Part shown: positions 47,284-58,387 of the stretch, in pieces
Layout: each line of letters begins with the position of its first letter
Numbering within the stretch: the first letter of the stretch is position 1
NCBI GenBank assembly: GCA_963805855.1
Contig: CAWDVW010000004.1
Location: 18,935 to 82,934 of the forward strand
DNA length: 64,000 nucleotides
Reading direction: 5' to 3'
Origin: Candidatus Dadabacteria bacterium
GTDB lineage: Bacteria; Desulfobacterota_D; UBA1144; Nemesobacterales; CSP1-2
Made by a program: the position numbers and the translations under genes
Notes under the pieces: model-generated
Database searches by the model: none
What the model was told of the DNA's origin: nothing
What the model saw: the letters and a program-made list of their open reading frames with translations, nothing else

Positions 47284-47489
47284 GTACTGCTGGTGAGATT
47301 AGAGAGTTGAGCGACGACGAACTGAGAAGAAGGGAGAATGAAACCAGGCAAGAGCTTTTTAACCTGAGGGTTCAGTTGGCGACACAGCAAACTACTAATG
47401 TTGCAAGGGTAAGGATGCTAAGACGCGACCTTGCAAGAATTCTCACCTTAAAAACTGAGAGAAAACTAGATATCAGGAGAAATCGTTAG
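47280..47489 (+). CDS. rpmC: Ribosomal protein L29
   Basis: [15 protein letters not shown]; operon position. Confidence 0.95.
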   Translation: MSTAGEIRELSDDELRRRENETRQELFNLRVQLATQQTTNVARVRMLRRDLARILTLKTERKLDIRRNR

Positions 47490-47491
47490 AA

Positions 47492-47800
47492 ATGGGTAGA
47501 GGTAAAGTGAAATCAAAAGTTGGAATCGTTGTCAGTAATAAGATGGACCAGACCGTCATCGTTGATGTAAGTCGGATAGTGATTCACCCTAAATTTCAAA
47601 AGCCAATTAAGAGAAATACCAAGTTCAAAGCACATGATCAAAATAATCAATGTAAGATTGGTGATAGGGTTCTAATTATCGAATCAAAACCCATAAGCAA
47701 GACCAAGAGGTGGAGAGTTAGTAAAATTCTTGAAAGCGCTACGATTATAGAAGGTGAAATTGCTGAAGAGGTCTCAGGTGAAGGAGTTGTTGCCCAGTGA
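47492..47800 (+). CDS. rpsQ: Ribosomal protein S17
   Basis: [18 protein letters not shown]. Confidence 0.96.
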   Translation: MGRGKVKSKVGIVVSNKMDQTVIVDVSRIVIHPKFQKPIKRNTKFKAHDQNNQCKIGDRVLIIESKPISKTKRWRVSKILESATIIEGEIAEEVSGEGVVAQ

Positions 47801-48165
47801 TTCAATCATCGACATATCTCGAATCTGCGGATAATAGCGGTGCAAAAAAGCTTTTTTGCATCAAGGTGCTAGGTGGTTCTAAAAGGAAATACGCGAGGCT
47901 CGGCGATGTTGTTGTCGTATCGGTAAAAGAGGCTCTACCTAATTCCAAGGTTGAAAAGGGTGATGTTCATATGGCGGTAATCGTTAGAACGAGGAAGGAA
48001 CAGAGGCGGCAGGATGGTTCATACCTCAGATTTGACGATAATGCTGCCGTGCTAATCACGAAAGAAAGTGAGCCGATGGGGACGAGGGTATTTGGACCGA
48101 TTGCAAGAGAGCTTCGTTTGAAAGGGTTTATGAAAATAATTTCACTTGCTCCGGAGGTCATTTGA
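47797..48165 (+). CDS. rplN: Ribosomal protein L14
   Basis: ADNSGAK, FDDNAAV. Confidence 0.98.
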   Translation: MIQSSTYLESADNSGAKKLFCIKVLGGSKRKYARLGDVVVVSVKEALPNSKVEKGDVHMAVIVRTRKEQRRQDGSYLRFDDNAAVLITKESEPMGTRVFGPIARELRLKGFMKIISLAPEVI

Positions 48166-48166
48166 T

Positions 48167-48526
48167 TTGGGCGCTAAATTTGCTCGTAATGCTTCTCACG
48201 GAACCAGGAAATTTCATATCAAAGCTGGTGACACCGTTTATGTGACGGCCGGGAAAGAGAAGGGAAAGACCGGCAAGGTTATAAAGATTTTGAAAAAGGA
48301 AGGAAGGGCGATAGTGGAGAAACTGAACATTGTTAAAAAACATGGTCGTCCGTCGCAGAAGAATCCGACAGGGGGAATTTCGGAGAAAGAAGCCGGCATT
48401 CATATATCTAACCTTATGCTCCACGACTCTAGCGTTGGTGGTCCCGTAAGGATAGGACGTAAGACATTGGCCAGCGGAGAGCGGGTTAGGTATAGCAAAA
48501 AAAGCGGTGAGGAAATTAAAGGCTGA
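48167..48526 (+). CDS. rplX: Ribosomal protein L24
   Basis: [20 protein letters not shown]. Confidence 0.95.
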   Translation: MGAKFARNASHGTRKFHIKAGDTVYVTAGKEKGKTGKVIKILKKEGRAIVEKLNIVKKHGRPSQKNPTGGISEKEAGIHISNLMLHDSSVGGPVRIGRKTLASGERVRYSKKSGEEIKG

Positions 48527-49080
48527 TGGCTGTAAATTTAAAGGTTTTATACAGAGAAAAGGTAGTTCACTCGCTCCGAGATAAGTTTCATTATAGTAAC
48601 TGGCTCGCAATCCCTAGGCTCCAAAGGATTGTAATAAATTCCGGCTTAGGAAGGTTAAGCGATGCCGGAAAGGAGATAAAGGTGATCGAGGATGCTGTTC
48701 ACGAGATTTCTATTATATGTGGGCAGAAACCAGTAATAACACGGGCGAGAAAATCGATAGCCGGATTTAAGTTGAGGGAAGGGGTTCCTATCGGGTGTAT
48801 GGTCACGCTGAGGGGCGACAAGATGTACGAGTTCTTGGATAGACTCGTTAACATGGCGCTTCCACGTGTGAGAGACTTTCGTGGTCTTTCGACTGGTTCG
48901 TTTGATGGGAACGGGAATTATACCTTTGGTATTAAGGAACATATAATATTTCCAGAAATAGATTATAGTAAAGTCGAAAAACAAAAGGGCATGAATATAA
49001 CTATAGTTACAACGGCAGAAAAGGATGAAGAAGCATTAGAGCTGTTAAAGGGTTTGGGGATGCCATTTAGAGAAAATTAA
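48526..49080 (+). CDS. rplE: Ribosomal protein L5
   Basis: [14 protein letters not shown]. Confidence 0.98.
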   Translation: MAVNLKVLYREKVVHSLRDKFHYSNWLAIPRLQRIVINSGLGRLSDAGKEIKVIEDAVHEISIICGQKPVITRARKSIAGFKLREGVPIGCMVTLRGDKMYEFLDRLVNMALPRVRDFRGLSTGSFDGNGNYTFGIKEHIIFPEIDYSKVEKQKGMNITIVTTAEKDEEALELLKGLGMPFREN

Positions 49081-49092
49081 GAGAGGTAGTGG

Positions 49093-49278
49093 ATGACACG
49101 AAAATCACTCCTGGTGAAAACAAAAAAGGAATCGAAGTACAGAGTGCGGACTAGGAATCGATGTCCATTGTGTGGTAGGCCCAGGGCATTTATGAGAAAG
49201 TTTGGAATGTGCAGATTGTGTTTTCGCGACAGAGCGAGTTTTGGGGAAATACCTGGTGTAAGAAAAGCCAGTTGGTAG
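49093..49278 (+). CDS. rpsN: Ribosomal protein S14, Zn-binding type
   Basis: CPLCGR..CRLCFR, 61 aa. Confidence 0.96.
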   Translation: MTRKSLLVKTKKESKYRVRTRNRCPLCGRPRAFMRKFGMCRLCFRDRASFGEIPGVRKASW

Positions 49279-49321
49279 TTCGATATTGTTTTGTATAGTT
49301 TTGAAGAACGAGGTGTAATAG

Positions 49322-49714
49322 ATGACTGATCCCATATCTGATATGCTTACAAGAATTCGAAATGCATTGGTAGCAAAGCATAAAACGGTCAATATCCCGT
49401 CTTCACGTATTAAGATTGAAATTGCAAATGTGTTGAAGGACGAGGGGTATATAAAGGATTATAGGATGGTTGAGGAAGGTAATACGAAAATCATAAATAT
49501 AGCGCTAAAATATACTGAATCTGAAGAGACAGTGATTAAAGAGATTCATAGAGTAAGTAAGCCAGGTCGTAGAATTTATGTTAAACACACCGAGATTCCA
49601 AGGATAAAAGGGGGCTTGGGCACCACGATATTGTCGACATCGAAGGGAATAATGACTGGTGCTAAAGCTCGTTCCCTACGCGTTGGAGGGGAACTAATGT
49701 GTACAATTTTATGA
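49322..49714 (+). CDS. rpsH: Ribosomal protein S8
   Basis: DPISDMLTRIRNA, SKPGRRIY. Confidence 0.98.
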   Translation: MTDPISDMLTRIRNALVAKHKTVNIPSSRIKIEIANVLKDEGYIKDYRMVEEGNTKIINIALKYTESEETVIKEIHRVSKPGRRIYVKHTEIPRIKGGLGTTILSTSKGIMTGAKARSLRVGGELMCTIL

Positions 49715-49723
49715 GGATATGGC

Positions 49724-50272
49724 ATGTCAAGAATAGGCATTAAACCTATACAAATTCCGAATGGTGTCTCTGTAGAGACCAGAAATGGGACCATAGAAGT
49801 CAAAGGCGACAAGGGAAAACTTTCTAGGAGAATACCTCAGGGAATTAAGACCGAAATAGATTCTGGTGTTATAAAAGTAAAAAGAATGAATGAATTGAAG
49901 AGTACGAAGGCTCTGCACGGGCTTACACGTTCACTGTTAGCTAATATGGTTACCGGTGTAATGGAGGGATTTTCCGTCACTTTAGAGATAGTTGGTGTAG
50001 GTTATAAGGCTGAACCCACGGGTGAAAATGCTATTACTCTAACTTTAGGCTATTCTAAGCCAATCGAATTTTCACTGCCCGAGGGTATAAGTGCAGAGGT
50101 AGAAGAAAGGGGCACGAGATTGATAATAAGAGGGATTGATAAAGAAGAAGTCGGTGAAACTGCAGCTAGGATCAGAAAATTGAGGAAGCCGGACTCTTAT
50201 AAGGGCAAGGGTATTAGGTATCTTGGTGAGATTCTTAAACTTAAACCTGGAAAAGCGGGAGCAAAGGCTTGA
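49724..50272 (+). CDS. rplF: Ribosomal protein L6
   Basis: MSRIG, YKGKGIRY. Confidence 0.97.
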   Translation: MSRIGIKPIQIPNGVSVETRNGTIEVKGDKGKLSRRIPQGIKTEIDSGVIKVKRMNELKSTKALHGLTRSLLANMVTGVMEGFSVTLEIVGVGYKAEPTGENAITLTLGYSKPIEFSLPEGISAEVEERGTRLIIRGIDKEEVGETAARIRKLRKPDSYKGKGIRYLGEILKLKPGKAGAKA

Positions 50273-50640
50273 TAAAAAGGAAGAGTAGAAAAGATCAACG
50301 TCAGATTAGACACCAAAGAATAAAAAAGAGATTAAAGGGCAGCTTGGCAGTGCCCAGGCTATGTGTGTTTAAATCGTCCAGACATATTTATGGGCAGATT
50401 ATCGATGATTCACGCGGACAAACGGTTGTGGCTGCTTCCTCTCTGACCCCCAAAGTAAGGGGAATGATAAAAGATAAGAAAAAAAAGGTAGAGGTCTCTG
50501 CTATCGTTGGTAAGTACATTGGTCAACTTGCTGTCAGTAAAAATATAAAAAGGGTTTGCTTCGATCGCGGGGGTTACCCCTTCCATGGCAGGATAAAGTC
50601 TTTTGCAGAAGCCGCAAGAGAAGCGGGATTGTCATTTTAA
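50269..50640 (+). CDS. rplR: Ribosomal protein L18
   Basis: PRLCV, FDRGG..HGR. Confidence 0.96.
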   Translation: MIKRKSRKDQRQIRHQRIKKRLKGSLAVPRLCVFKSSRHIYGQIIDDSRGQTVVAASSLTPKVRGMIKDKKKKVEVSAIVGKYIGQLAVSKNIKRVCFDRGGYPFHGRIKSFAEAAREAGLSF

Positions 50641-50672
50641 GCATAGGTCTTGATATTTTTTAGGAGGTAGTT

Positions 50673-51200
50673 TTGCGATTTAAAGATAAGATAGGTCCCG
50701 AGGGAATTGAATTCAAAGAAAAGATAGTACACGTTAGGAGGGTAGCGAAAGTAACAAAAGGTGGGAAGAGGTTTCATTTTACGGCACTCGTTGTTATTGG
50801 GAACAATGACGGCATCGTTGGATATGGTCTTGGGAAATCAAGTCAGGTGCCCGATGCGATAAGGAAAGGTATTGAAAAAGGAAAGAAGTCTCTTGTAAGG
50901 GTTAAAAGAAAGGATAAAACTATTCCTCATGAGATATTGGGACAGCACACGTCATCGAAGGTCTTGCTGAAGCCTGCTACCCCGGGTACGGGCGTTATAG
51001 CTGGTGGCGCGGTTAGGGCTGTTGTCGAGCTGGCCGGTATACACGATATCCTGACTAAGGTTTTGGGATCAACCAATCCCCTAAATGTTGTTAAGGCCGT
51101 TGTAAATGGCCTGGGCTTGGTTAGGAGGCCAGAGGATGCTGCAAGTATCAGGGATAAAGAAATTAAGGATCTGGATCTGCCGAAGCACTTTTTGAATTAA
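50673..51200 (+). CDS. rpsE: Ribosomal protein S5
   Basis: [17 protein letters not shown]. Confidence 0.97.
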   Translation: MRFKDKIGPEGIEFKEKIVHVRRVAKVTKGGKRFHFTALVVIGNNDGIVGYGLGKSSQVPDAIRKGIEKGKKSLVRVKRKDKTIPHEILGQHTSSKVLLKPATPGTGVIAGGAVRAVVELAGIHDILTKVLGSTNPLNVVKAVVNGLGLVRRPEDAASIRDKEIKDLDLPKHFLN

Positions 51201-51261
51201 TTAAAATTTGAGAACCGATTTGCGTGTAAATTAACTTATCGGAAAGCAGGGGTGTTAGAAG

Positions 51262-51693
51262 ATGTTGAATAAGTTATCTCCTCAAGAGGGGTCAAAAAAA
51301 AAGTGTAAGAGAGTAGGCCGTGGTCCCGGGCGCAGGGGAAAGACGAGCGGTAAAGGGCATAAAGGTCAGAGATCAAGGAGTGGTGGAAGGGTATCTTCTT
51401 GGTTTGAAGGGGGTCAGACTCCGCTAAAACTTAGATCTATAAAGCGCGGATTTAAGAATCCTAATAGGATTGAATACGATGTGGTTAATATTAAAAATTT
51501 GAACATGATCGATAAAGTAGATCAGATAACCCCCGATGAATTGAAAAAAGCTGGGCTTGTGACTGGGAAAAACCCGATCAAGGTACTCGGCGATGGTGAA
51601 CTGGATAGAAAGATTAGTATAATAGCAAATCGTTTCACAAAGACTGCCATTAAAAAGATCGAAGAGAAGGGTGGGAAAGCTGAGATAATATGA
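51262..51693 (+). CDS. rplO: Ribosomal protein L15
   Basis: GHKGQRSRSG, FEGGQTPL. Confidence 0.97.
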   Translation: MLNKLSPQEGSKKKCKRVGRGPGRRGKTSGKGHKGQRSRSGGRVSSWFEGGQTPLKLRSIKRGFKNPNRIEYDVVNIKNLNMIDKVDQITPDELKKAGLVTGKNPIKVLGDGELDRKISIIANRFTKTAIKKIEEKGGKAEII

Positions 51694-53009
51694 GTAGCAA
51701 TATTGGGGCCATTCCAAAAATTCCTGAGCTTAATAAAAGGCTTCTTTTCGCTGCGATCATGTTGATCATATACAGATTAGGTGTATTTGTACCTATACCA
51801 GGCATAGACCCAGAGCAAATTGCAAAACTGTTTGAACACACAAAGGGAACGATGTTTGACATTTTAAACCTCTTTTCCGGTGGTGCACTGCAGCGTGCTT
51901 CAATTTTTGCTTTGGGAGTTATGCCATATATCACATCATCAATTATTATGTCGCTCCTTGTCAAAGCTTTTCCAACACTTGAGGCAATTCAGAAGGAGGG
52001 TGAAGCGGGTAGGAAGAAAATCAACCAATATTCGCGCTACGGAACCGTAATCATATGCGTAATTCAAGGTTTTATGCTTGCCGTTACACTGGAAGGTGGA
52101 ATGGGTACGGGCCTTTCAGTTGTCAAAGACCCCGGATGGATGTTCAGGTTTACAACGGTAATTACGCTTACCGCGGGAAGCCTATTTATTATGTGGATAG
52201 GAGAACAAATCTCTGAACGTGGCATCGGAAATGGTATTTCTTTAATAATAGCGGCATCTATATTGGTTCGTATGCCTGGAGGTTTTTGGAATCTGCTTAG
52301 GTTGATAGATACTGGGGAGATGACGGTTTTAGGGCTTTTTCTGTTACTTCTATTTATGACATTAGTGGTTGGATTCATTGTTTTTGTCGAGAGGTCCTAC
52401 CGGAAGATCCCTGTTCAATATCCCAGGCGGGTCGTTGGAAGAAAGGTCTTTGGGGGGCAAGCCTCCCACCTTCCCTTGAAGGTCAACACGGCGGGGGTTA
52501 TCCCTCCAATATTTGCCTCATCTCTATTGATTTTTCCCGCAACGGTTTTGACTTTTATCAATGTCCCATTTCTGAGGAATATTACCGATGCACTATTTCA
52601 ACATGGATTTTTTTATAATGCAATCTATGCAGCCTTAATCATATTTTTCGCTTATTTTTATACTGCGGTTATTTATAATCCAGATGACCTTGCAGATAAT
52701 TTGAGGAAAAACGGCGGGTTTGTTCCGGGAATTAGACCGGGGAAAAAGACTTCGGAATATATAGACAAGATACTTGGGAGAATAACATTCATTGGGGCAA
52801 TATATGTTGCGGCTGTATGCGTGCTGCCCACTATACTGCAGCGGCAACCTTTTAATCTTCCTTTCTTTTTTGGGGGCACATCTCTCCTGATTGTTGTAGG
52901 TGTTACACTAGACACGGTACAGCAGATCGAATCATTTCTTATTACACATAGTTATGAAGGTTTCGTAAGGAAGCGAGGAATGAAAGGCCCTAGAAGGTAC
53001 GGTGTTTAA
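51690..53009 (+). CDS. secY: Preprotein translocase SecY
   Basis: SIFALGVMPYITSS, GIGNGIS, PGIRPG. Confidence 0.98.
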   Translation: MSSNIGAIPKIPELNKRLLFAAIMLIIYRLGVFVPIPGIDPEQIAKLFEHTKGTMFDILNLFSGGALQRASIFALGVMPYITSSIIMSLLVKAFPTLEAIQKEGEAGRKKINQYSRYGTVIICVIQGFMLAVTLEGGMGTGLSVVKDPGWMFRFTTVITLTAGSLFIMWIGEQISERGIGNGISLIIAASILVRMPGGFWNLLRLIDTGEMTVLGLFLLLLFMTLVVGFIVFVERSYRKIPVQYPRRVVGRKVFGGQASHLPLKVNTAGVIPPIFASSLLIFPATVLTFINVPFLRNITDALFQHGFFYNAIYAALIIFFAYFYTAVIYNPDDLADNLRKNGGFVPGIRPGKKTSEYIDKILGRITFIGAIYVAAVCVLPTILQRQPFNLPFFFGGTSLLIVVGVTLDTVQQIESFLITHSYEGFVRKRGMKGPRRYGV

Positions 53010-53029
53010 AGAAATAAATAAGGAGATCT

Positions 53030-53689
53030 TTGATTCTGATGGTTTTAATCATCTTTGGACCGCCGGGTGCCGGAAAGGGTACGCAGGCTTCAATAATTGC
53101 AAAAAATTACAACATGCTGCACATTTCGACTGGTGATATGCTCAGGGCCGCAGTAAAGGAAGGGAGTGAATTAGGAAATCTTGCCAAATCTTATATGGAT
53201 AAAGGTGAACTCGTGCCTGACAATGTTGTAATTGGGATAATAAGAGAGGTGATTAAAAGTAGCGATTCGATCAATGGGTATCTCTTAGACGGATTCCCGA
53301 GAACTATACCCCAGGCGGAGGCCTTGGATCGGATGCTGAATTCCGAGTCTCTAAAGGTCGACAAAGTGGTGTCTATAGAGGTACCTGATGTAGAGATAAT
53401 AAGCAGGATTGGCGGGAGAAGGGTTTGCGAAAAATGTGGGGCTATGTATCATAAAGTATACGATCCTCCGAAGAATGCGGATATTTGCGACAAATGTGGG
53501 GGAAATCTTTATCAGCGTGATGACGATAAAGAAGATGTAATAAGAAAAAGACTTGAGGTATATAGCAGGCAGACTTTACCTCTAAAAGCATACTATAGGA
53601 ATGCTGGTATTCTTGGGGAAATAGACGGACTGGGCACGATAGATGATGTAAGAAGTAGGATCAGTGATTCGTTAGATCAAAAGACATGA
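53030..53689 (+). CDS. adk: Adenylate kinase (Zn-LID)
   Basis: GPPGAGKGTQ, LDGFPR, two CxxC in LID. Confidence 0.97.
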   Translation: MILMVLIIFGPPGAGKGTQASIIAKNYNMLHISTGDMLRAAVKEGSELGNLAKSYMDKGELVPDNVVIGIIREVIKSSDSINGYLLDGFPRTIPQAEALDRMLNSESLKVDKVVSIEVPDVEIISRIGGRRVCEKCGAMYHKVYDPPKNADICDKCGGNLYQRDDDKEDVIRKRLEVYSRQTLPLKAYYRNAGILGEIDGLGTIDDVRSRISDSLDQKT

Positions 53690-54453
53690 TTATTTTAAAA
53701 AGCAAGGATGAGATAGAAGAAATAAGATATGCTTCTCAAGTTGTTATTGAGGTCCTTCGGGTTCTAAAAGAAGAAGCCAAGCCGGGCATATCTACTTGGG
53801 ATCTTAATGCGATCGCCGAGGAAATGGCTGCAAGGAGGGATTCTAAACCAGCTTTTAAGGGGTACAGGAATTATCCGGCCTCCATCTGCTGCGCATTGAA
53901 TGATGAGGTTGTTCATGGAATCCCTTCAAAGAAGAAAATATTAAAGGAAGGCGATATCTTAAGCATAGATTTCGGTGTCCACCGCAATGGATTCTATGGA
54001 GATTCCGCAATCACTGTCCCTATAGGTGATGTATCTCCTGAAGCCGACTCGCTACTTCAGGTAACTAGAAATTCATTATATAGAGGAATTGAGAATGCGC
54101 ATCCATCAAACAGGCTCTTCGATATCTCACATGCAATTCAAAGTTATGTCGAAGCAGAGGGCTTTTCCGTCGTCACAGCATTTGTCGGACACGGGATTGG
54201 TAGAAAGCTTCATGAGGATCCCCAAGTTCCGAATTTTGTTCCGAAAAATGGAAATCGATGGAACGGCATCAGACTAAAGCCTGGAATGGTGCTGGCTATT
54301 GAACCTATGGTCAATATTGGAAGACCTGATATAAGAATATTAAATGATGGATGGACAGCCGTGACTGAGGACGGCAAACTTTCCGCTCACTTTGAACATA
54401 CCGTTGCAATAACAGAAAATGGGGCGTTAATTCTAACTGAGTGGGAGTTTTAA
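53686..54453 (+). CDS. map: Methionine aminopeptidase type I
   Basis: VVHGIP, GHGIG..HEDP, SAHFEHT. Confidence 0.97.
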   Translation: MIILKSKDEIEEIRYASQVVIEVLRVLKEEAKPGISTWDLNAIAEEMAARRDSKPAFKGYRNYPASICCALNDEVVHGIPSKKKILKEGDILSIDFGVHRNGFYGDSAITVPIGDVSPEADSLLQVTRNSLYRGIENAHPSNRLFDISHAIQSYVEAEGFSVVTAFVGHGIGRKLHEDPQVPNFVPKNGNRWNGIRLKPGMVLAIEPMVNIGRPDIRILNDGWTAVTEDGKLSAHFEHTVAITENGALILTEWEF

Positions 54454-54462
54454 GGAGACCGT

Positions 54463-54690
54463 ATGCCGAAAGAGGAAAGACTGGAGTTTCAAGGTACGGT
54501 GATTGAAGCGCTTCCGAATGCTATGTTTAGGGTTAAGATTGAAAACGGTCGTGATCATGAAATCCTTGCCTATGTCTCAGGCAAAATGAGGACGCGTTTT
54601 ATAAGAATCTTGCCTGGAGACAAAGTGAAGGTAGAACTTTCGACTTATGATCTAACGAAGGGAAGGATTACGTATCGTTTGAAAAAGTGA
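54463..54690 (+). CDS. infA: Translation initiation factor IF-1
   Basis: [21 protein letters not shown]. Confidence 0.97.
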   Translation: MPKEERLEFQGTVIEALPNAMFRVKIENGRDHEILAYVSGKMRTRFIRILPGDKVKVELSTYDLTKGRITYRLKK

Positions 54691-54703
54691 TGGTACCAAC
54701 AAC

Positions 54704-54817
54704 ATGAAGATAAGAGCATCTGTTAAGAAGATTTGTGATAAGTGTAAGATAATTAGGAGAAGTGGTGTGGTTCGAGTTATCTGTGAGAACAAGAAACATA
54801 AACAAAAGCAAGGGTAG
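54704..54817 (+). CDS. rpmJ: Ribosomal protein L36 (not in ORF track)
   Basis: [37 protein letters not shown]. Confidence 0.97.
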   Translation: MKIRASVKKICDKCKIIRRSGVVRVICENKKHKQKQG

Positions 54818-54829
54818 GAGGTTCCAAGA

Positions 54830-55210
54830 ATGCCACGAATAGCCGGAGTTGACATTCCACCTAGCAAAAGAATGGAGGTGGCCCTCACCTATATTTATGG
54901 GATTGGAAGAAAGGTATCAAGGAAAATACTCAATCAGGCTCAAATTGATCCAAATATAAAGTCAAAGGATCTGGGCGAGCAGGAGATAGCCAAGATAAGA
55001 GATATTATTGAGAAGGAGTATATGGTTGAAGGTGACCTGAGGCGGGATACGCAAAATAATATCAAGCGCCTTATAGAGATTGGCTGTTATAGAGGCATAA
55101 GGCATAGGCAGGGTCTTCCTGTTCGCGGACAGAAAACAGGGTCGAATGCTAGAACTAGAAAAGGACCCCGCGGTACCGCTATTGCAAAAAAGAAGAAAAC
55201 CGCTAAGTAG
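54830..55210 (+). CDS. rpsM: Ribosomal protein S13
   Basis: [14 protein letters not shown]. Confidence 0.98.
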   Translation: MPRIAGVDIPPSKRMEVALTYIYGIGRKVSRKILNQAQIDPNIKSKDLGEQEIAKIRDIIEKEYMVEGDLRRDTQNNIKRLIEIGCYRGIRHRQGLPVRGQKTGSNARTRKGPRGTAIAKKKKTAK

Positions 55211-55230
55211 GGATAAATTGGAGGTTACTG

Positions 55231-55614
55231 TTGGCAACCAAGAAGACAACTAAGAGGACAAAGAAGTTCGTCGAGCAGGGAATTGTGCATATCCAAGCAA
55301 CGTTTAACAATACGATAGTGACTATAAGTGATACCCAGGGAAATGTAATCGCTTTTTCAAGCGGGGGCATGAAGGGATTCAAGGGGACAAGGAAGGGAAC
55401 TCCTTTTTCGGCTCAGATTGCGGCTGAGGACGCGGCAAAAAAGGCCGTTGGCTTTGGCATGAGGACCGCAATGGTGCTTGTTAAGGGACCGGGCCCTGGG
55501 AGGGAACCTGCAATAAGGTCTATACAGGCGGCTGGTATAAAAATAACGCTCATAAGAGATGTAACGCCGCTACCGCATAATGGCTGCAGACCGCCAGGTA
55601 GACGGAGAGTGTAG
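55231..55614 (+). CDS. rpsK: Ribosomal protein S11
   Basis: [16 protein letters not shown]. Confidence 0.98.
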   Translation: MATKKTTKRTKKFVEQGIVHIQATFNNTIVTISDTQGNVIAFSSGGMKGFKGTRKGTPFSAQIAAEDAAKKAVGFGMRTAMVLVKGPGPGREPAIRSIQAAGIKITLIRDVTPLPHNGCRPPGRRRV

Positions 55615-55692
55615 AACGGTTTCAACTAATCAATATGTTAACCGGAATTCAAATATAAGAGACGCAATGAAATGAAGGAGGTCATATAATAA

Positions 55693-56325
55693 TTGGCGAG
55701 ATACATTGGTTCTGTGTGTAGGCTCTGTAGAAGGGAAGGAATGAAGCTTTTTCTAAAGGGGGACAGGTGCTACTCAGAGAAATGCGCTGTTGATAGGCGC
55801 CCTGAGAAACCGCCCGGAGAGCATGGCAATCGTCGCCCAAAGTTTTCAGAATTTGGGATCAGGCTAAGAGAGAAACAGAAGGTGAAGCGGATTTATGGAC
55901 TTAACGAAAGACAGTTTAGGAAATACATTGAAAAGGCTTCTCGTTCTAAAGCCGAGACAGGTAAGCTCTTGATTTCACTTCTTGAGAGAAGGTTAGACAA
56001 TGTTTTGTACCGGCTGGGATTTGCGAGCTCGAGAAAAGAGGCCCGTCATCTTGTTCGTTTTCGACATATTCTTGTCAACGGTAGAAGGGTTGATATTCCA
56101 TCCTATCAGATAAAAGAAGGCGATGCGATTGAGGTAGCAGAGAAGAGTAGAAAAATTGGCAGGATTAACCAATCTATTGAATCTCTCGAACGGAGGGGAT
56201 TTCCTGGTTGGCTTGAATTAGAGAAGGATAATTACAGGGGTGTGGTAAAAACATTGCCATTGAGAGAAGACGTTACATTACCGATTGAAGAGCAATTAAT
56301 AGTTGAGTTCTATTCGAGAGTTTAG
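55693..56325 (+). CDS. rpsD: Ribosomal protein S4
   Basis: [22 protein letters not shown]. Confidence 0.98.
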   Translation: MARYIGSVCRLCRREGMKLFLKGDRCYSEKCAVDRRPEKPPGEHGNRRPKFSEFGIRLREKQKVKRIYGLNERQFRKYIEKASRSKAETGKLLISLLERRLDNVLYRLGFASSRKEARHLVRFRHILVNGRRVDIPSYQIKEGDAIEVAEKSRKIGRINQSIESLERRGFPGWLELEKDNYRGVVKTLPLREDVTLPIEEQLIVEFYSRV

Positions 56326-56402
56326 CTCTAACTTTAACGATTGATTTGATTTTATTTTATCATATCACGATCCCCAACAAATTTAAAAGGGAGGGCGGGA
56401 AG

Positions 56403-57440
56403 TTGAAAGAATTTCAAAAGAATTGGCAGGAACTAATCAGACCGAAAAGGCTTCAAAAGGAAGAGAAGACTTCTTCCACCCTTTATGGAAAATTTATTTG
56501 TGAGCCTTTGGAAAGGGGTTACGGGGTCACACTTGGAAATGCTTTAAGAAGAATCCTTATATCTTCGATCCAGGGACCGGCTATAACTTCTATCAAGATT
56601 GATGGTGTATTGCATGAGTTTTCTACGATACCCGGTGTTAAGGAGGATGTCACCGAGATTATTTTAAACATTAAGGGCGTAGAGCTAACAATGCACACAT
56701 ACGAACCCCAGGAGTTGAGAATTAGCGCCGCTGGTGAGTGTGATGTAAAAGCTGGTGATATTATCACAGGTCATCAAGTAGAGGTAGTAAATCCCGATCA
56801 TCACATCGTGACACTCTCAGCGGGAGACGCCAAGATCGAAATTGCGATGACAGCTGAAATGGGTAGGGGCTATGAACCGGTGGAGAGACGCGGTGATATT
56901 CAGAGCACGATTGGGGTCATTCCAATAGATGCCCTATTCTCACCAATTAGAAAGGTGAATTACACAGTAACTAATGCGAGAGTCGGCAGACGTACAGACT
57001 TTGAGAAACTCACACTCGAAATTTGGACAAACGGAACCGTTAATCCCGAGGATGCATTAGCGTATGCTGCAAAGATTTTAAAGCAGCAGCTTACGGTATT
57101 TATTAACTTTGACGAGGCGCAGTTTGAGGAAGTACCCGAGGTGGAAGAGAAAAAGGAAATAGGTGGAACGGAGGAGGTTCTTTTTACTACGATTGATGAT
57201 CTGGATCTTTCAGCAAGGTCTCAAAATTGTTTGAGGAAAGCCAATATAGACTATGTCGGTGACCTGATTCAGAAGACCGAAGAAGACCTATTGAACCTCG
57301 AGAATTTTGGCAAGCGGTCATTGGTTGAAATCAAGGAGATTCTAACCGAGCTTGGTTTAAATCTGGGAGCAACTCTTAATAAAGAGGTTTTCGAATCTGA
57401 GAAATCCAAGAGAACAAGCGAGAAGAGAGTTTCTCATTGA
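56403..57440 (+). CDS. rpoA: RNA polymerase alpha subunit
   Basis: PLERGYGVTLGNALRR, NFGKRSL; probable TTG start at 56403. Confidence 0.97.
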   Translation: MKEFQKNWQELIRPKRLQKEEKTSSTLYGKFICEPLERGYGVTLGNALRRILISSIQGPAITSIKIDGVLHEFSTIPGVKEDVTEIILNIKGVELTMHTYEPQELRISAAGECDVKAGDIITGHQVEVVNPDHHIVTLSAGDAKIEIAMTAEMGRGYEPVERRGDIQSTIGVIPIDALFSPIRKVNYTVTNARVGRRTDFEKLTLEIWTNGTVNPEDALAYAAKILKQQLTVFINFDEAQFEEVPEVEEKKEIGGTEEVLFTTIDDLDLSARSQNCLRKANIDYVGDLIQKTEEDLLNLENFGKRSLVEIKEILTELGLNLGATLNKEVFESEKSKRTSEKRVSH

Positions 57441-57469
57441 TAATTTTAAACCTACTTTGGAGGCTCTAA

Positions 57470-58318
57470 ATGAGTCATAGACGTGTTGGTCGAAAATTAG
57501 GTGTAGTCACTAAGCATAGAATATCAATGTTTCGAAATATGGTTACGGATTTACTTCGTCACGAAAGCATTAAGACAACTGACACGCGGGCGAAGGAGCT
57601 CAGAAGGTTGGCCGAGAAGATGATTACACTCGCAAAAAGAGGGACCCTTCATTCGAGGAGACAGGCCGCAGCATTCATTAGAGACAAAGCTGTCTTAAAA
57701 AAGCTCTTCGATGAGATTGCTCAAAAATATAAGGATCGCCAGGGTGGCTATACCAGAATTATAAAATTTGGTTTTAGAAAGGGGGACAATGCCCCAGTAT
57801 CTATAATTGAGCTGGTAGAAGAAGAAGTGAAGTCGAAGGGAAAGAAGAAGGCGAAAAAGTCCAAGGTGAAAGAACCCCTGCCAGTAACTGAAGCTGCCGA
57901 AGCTAGAAGTTCCAAGAAGGAATCGGCTGAGGAGCTGGGATTAATAGAGAAACAAAAAGAAGCCGGGGTTGAGGAACCGAAGGCTGAAGTCGAGCCTGTA
58001 GGGAAGGAAGCACAGGAGCCCGCAGAGAAACCAGAGGAAATAACCGCCGAAGCTACAGAGGCCGAGGCCAGCGCCGAAATAGCAGAAACTCAGGTGGAAG
58101 AGACACAGGAGACCCCTGAAGCCAAAGTTGAAGAATCAGCTGAAGGACCGGAAGCAAAAACTCCTGAGTCGAGTGAAGCTTTGCCCGAAAGTACGGAATC
58201 TGAAACAGAGGAAGTACAGACATCCGAGGCAAAGAGCGAAGGATCGGAGTTGAAAGACGAAGGTGCATCTGAAGGTTCGGGTGAAGTTGAGGCCGAAGAG
58301 GAAAAGAAAGATACCTAA
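57470..58318 (+). CDS. rplQ: Ribosomal protein L17 with long acidic C-terminal extension
   Basis: GGYTRI, RKGDNA, followed by ~165 aa rich in E/A/K/S/P. Confidence 0.95.
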   Translation: MSHRRVGRKLGVVTKHRISMFRNMVTDLLRHESIKTTDTRAKELRRLAEKMITLAKRGTLHSRRQAAAFIRDKAVLKKLFDEIAQKYKDRQGGYTRIIKFGFRKGDNAPVSIIELVEEEVKSKGKKKAKKSKVKEPLPVTEAAEARSSKKESAEELGLIEKQKEAGVEEPKAEVEPVGKEAQEPAEKPEEITAEATEAEASAEIAETQVEETQETPEAKVEESAEGPEAKTPESSEALPESTESETEEVQTSEAKSEGSELKDEGASEGSGEVEAEEEKKDT

Positions 58319-58387
58319 GAACTTCGTTTATAACCTGTAAGATTTCTCCTCAATTTCAACTTTATAAATTATATCTTCTGCTTCAGG

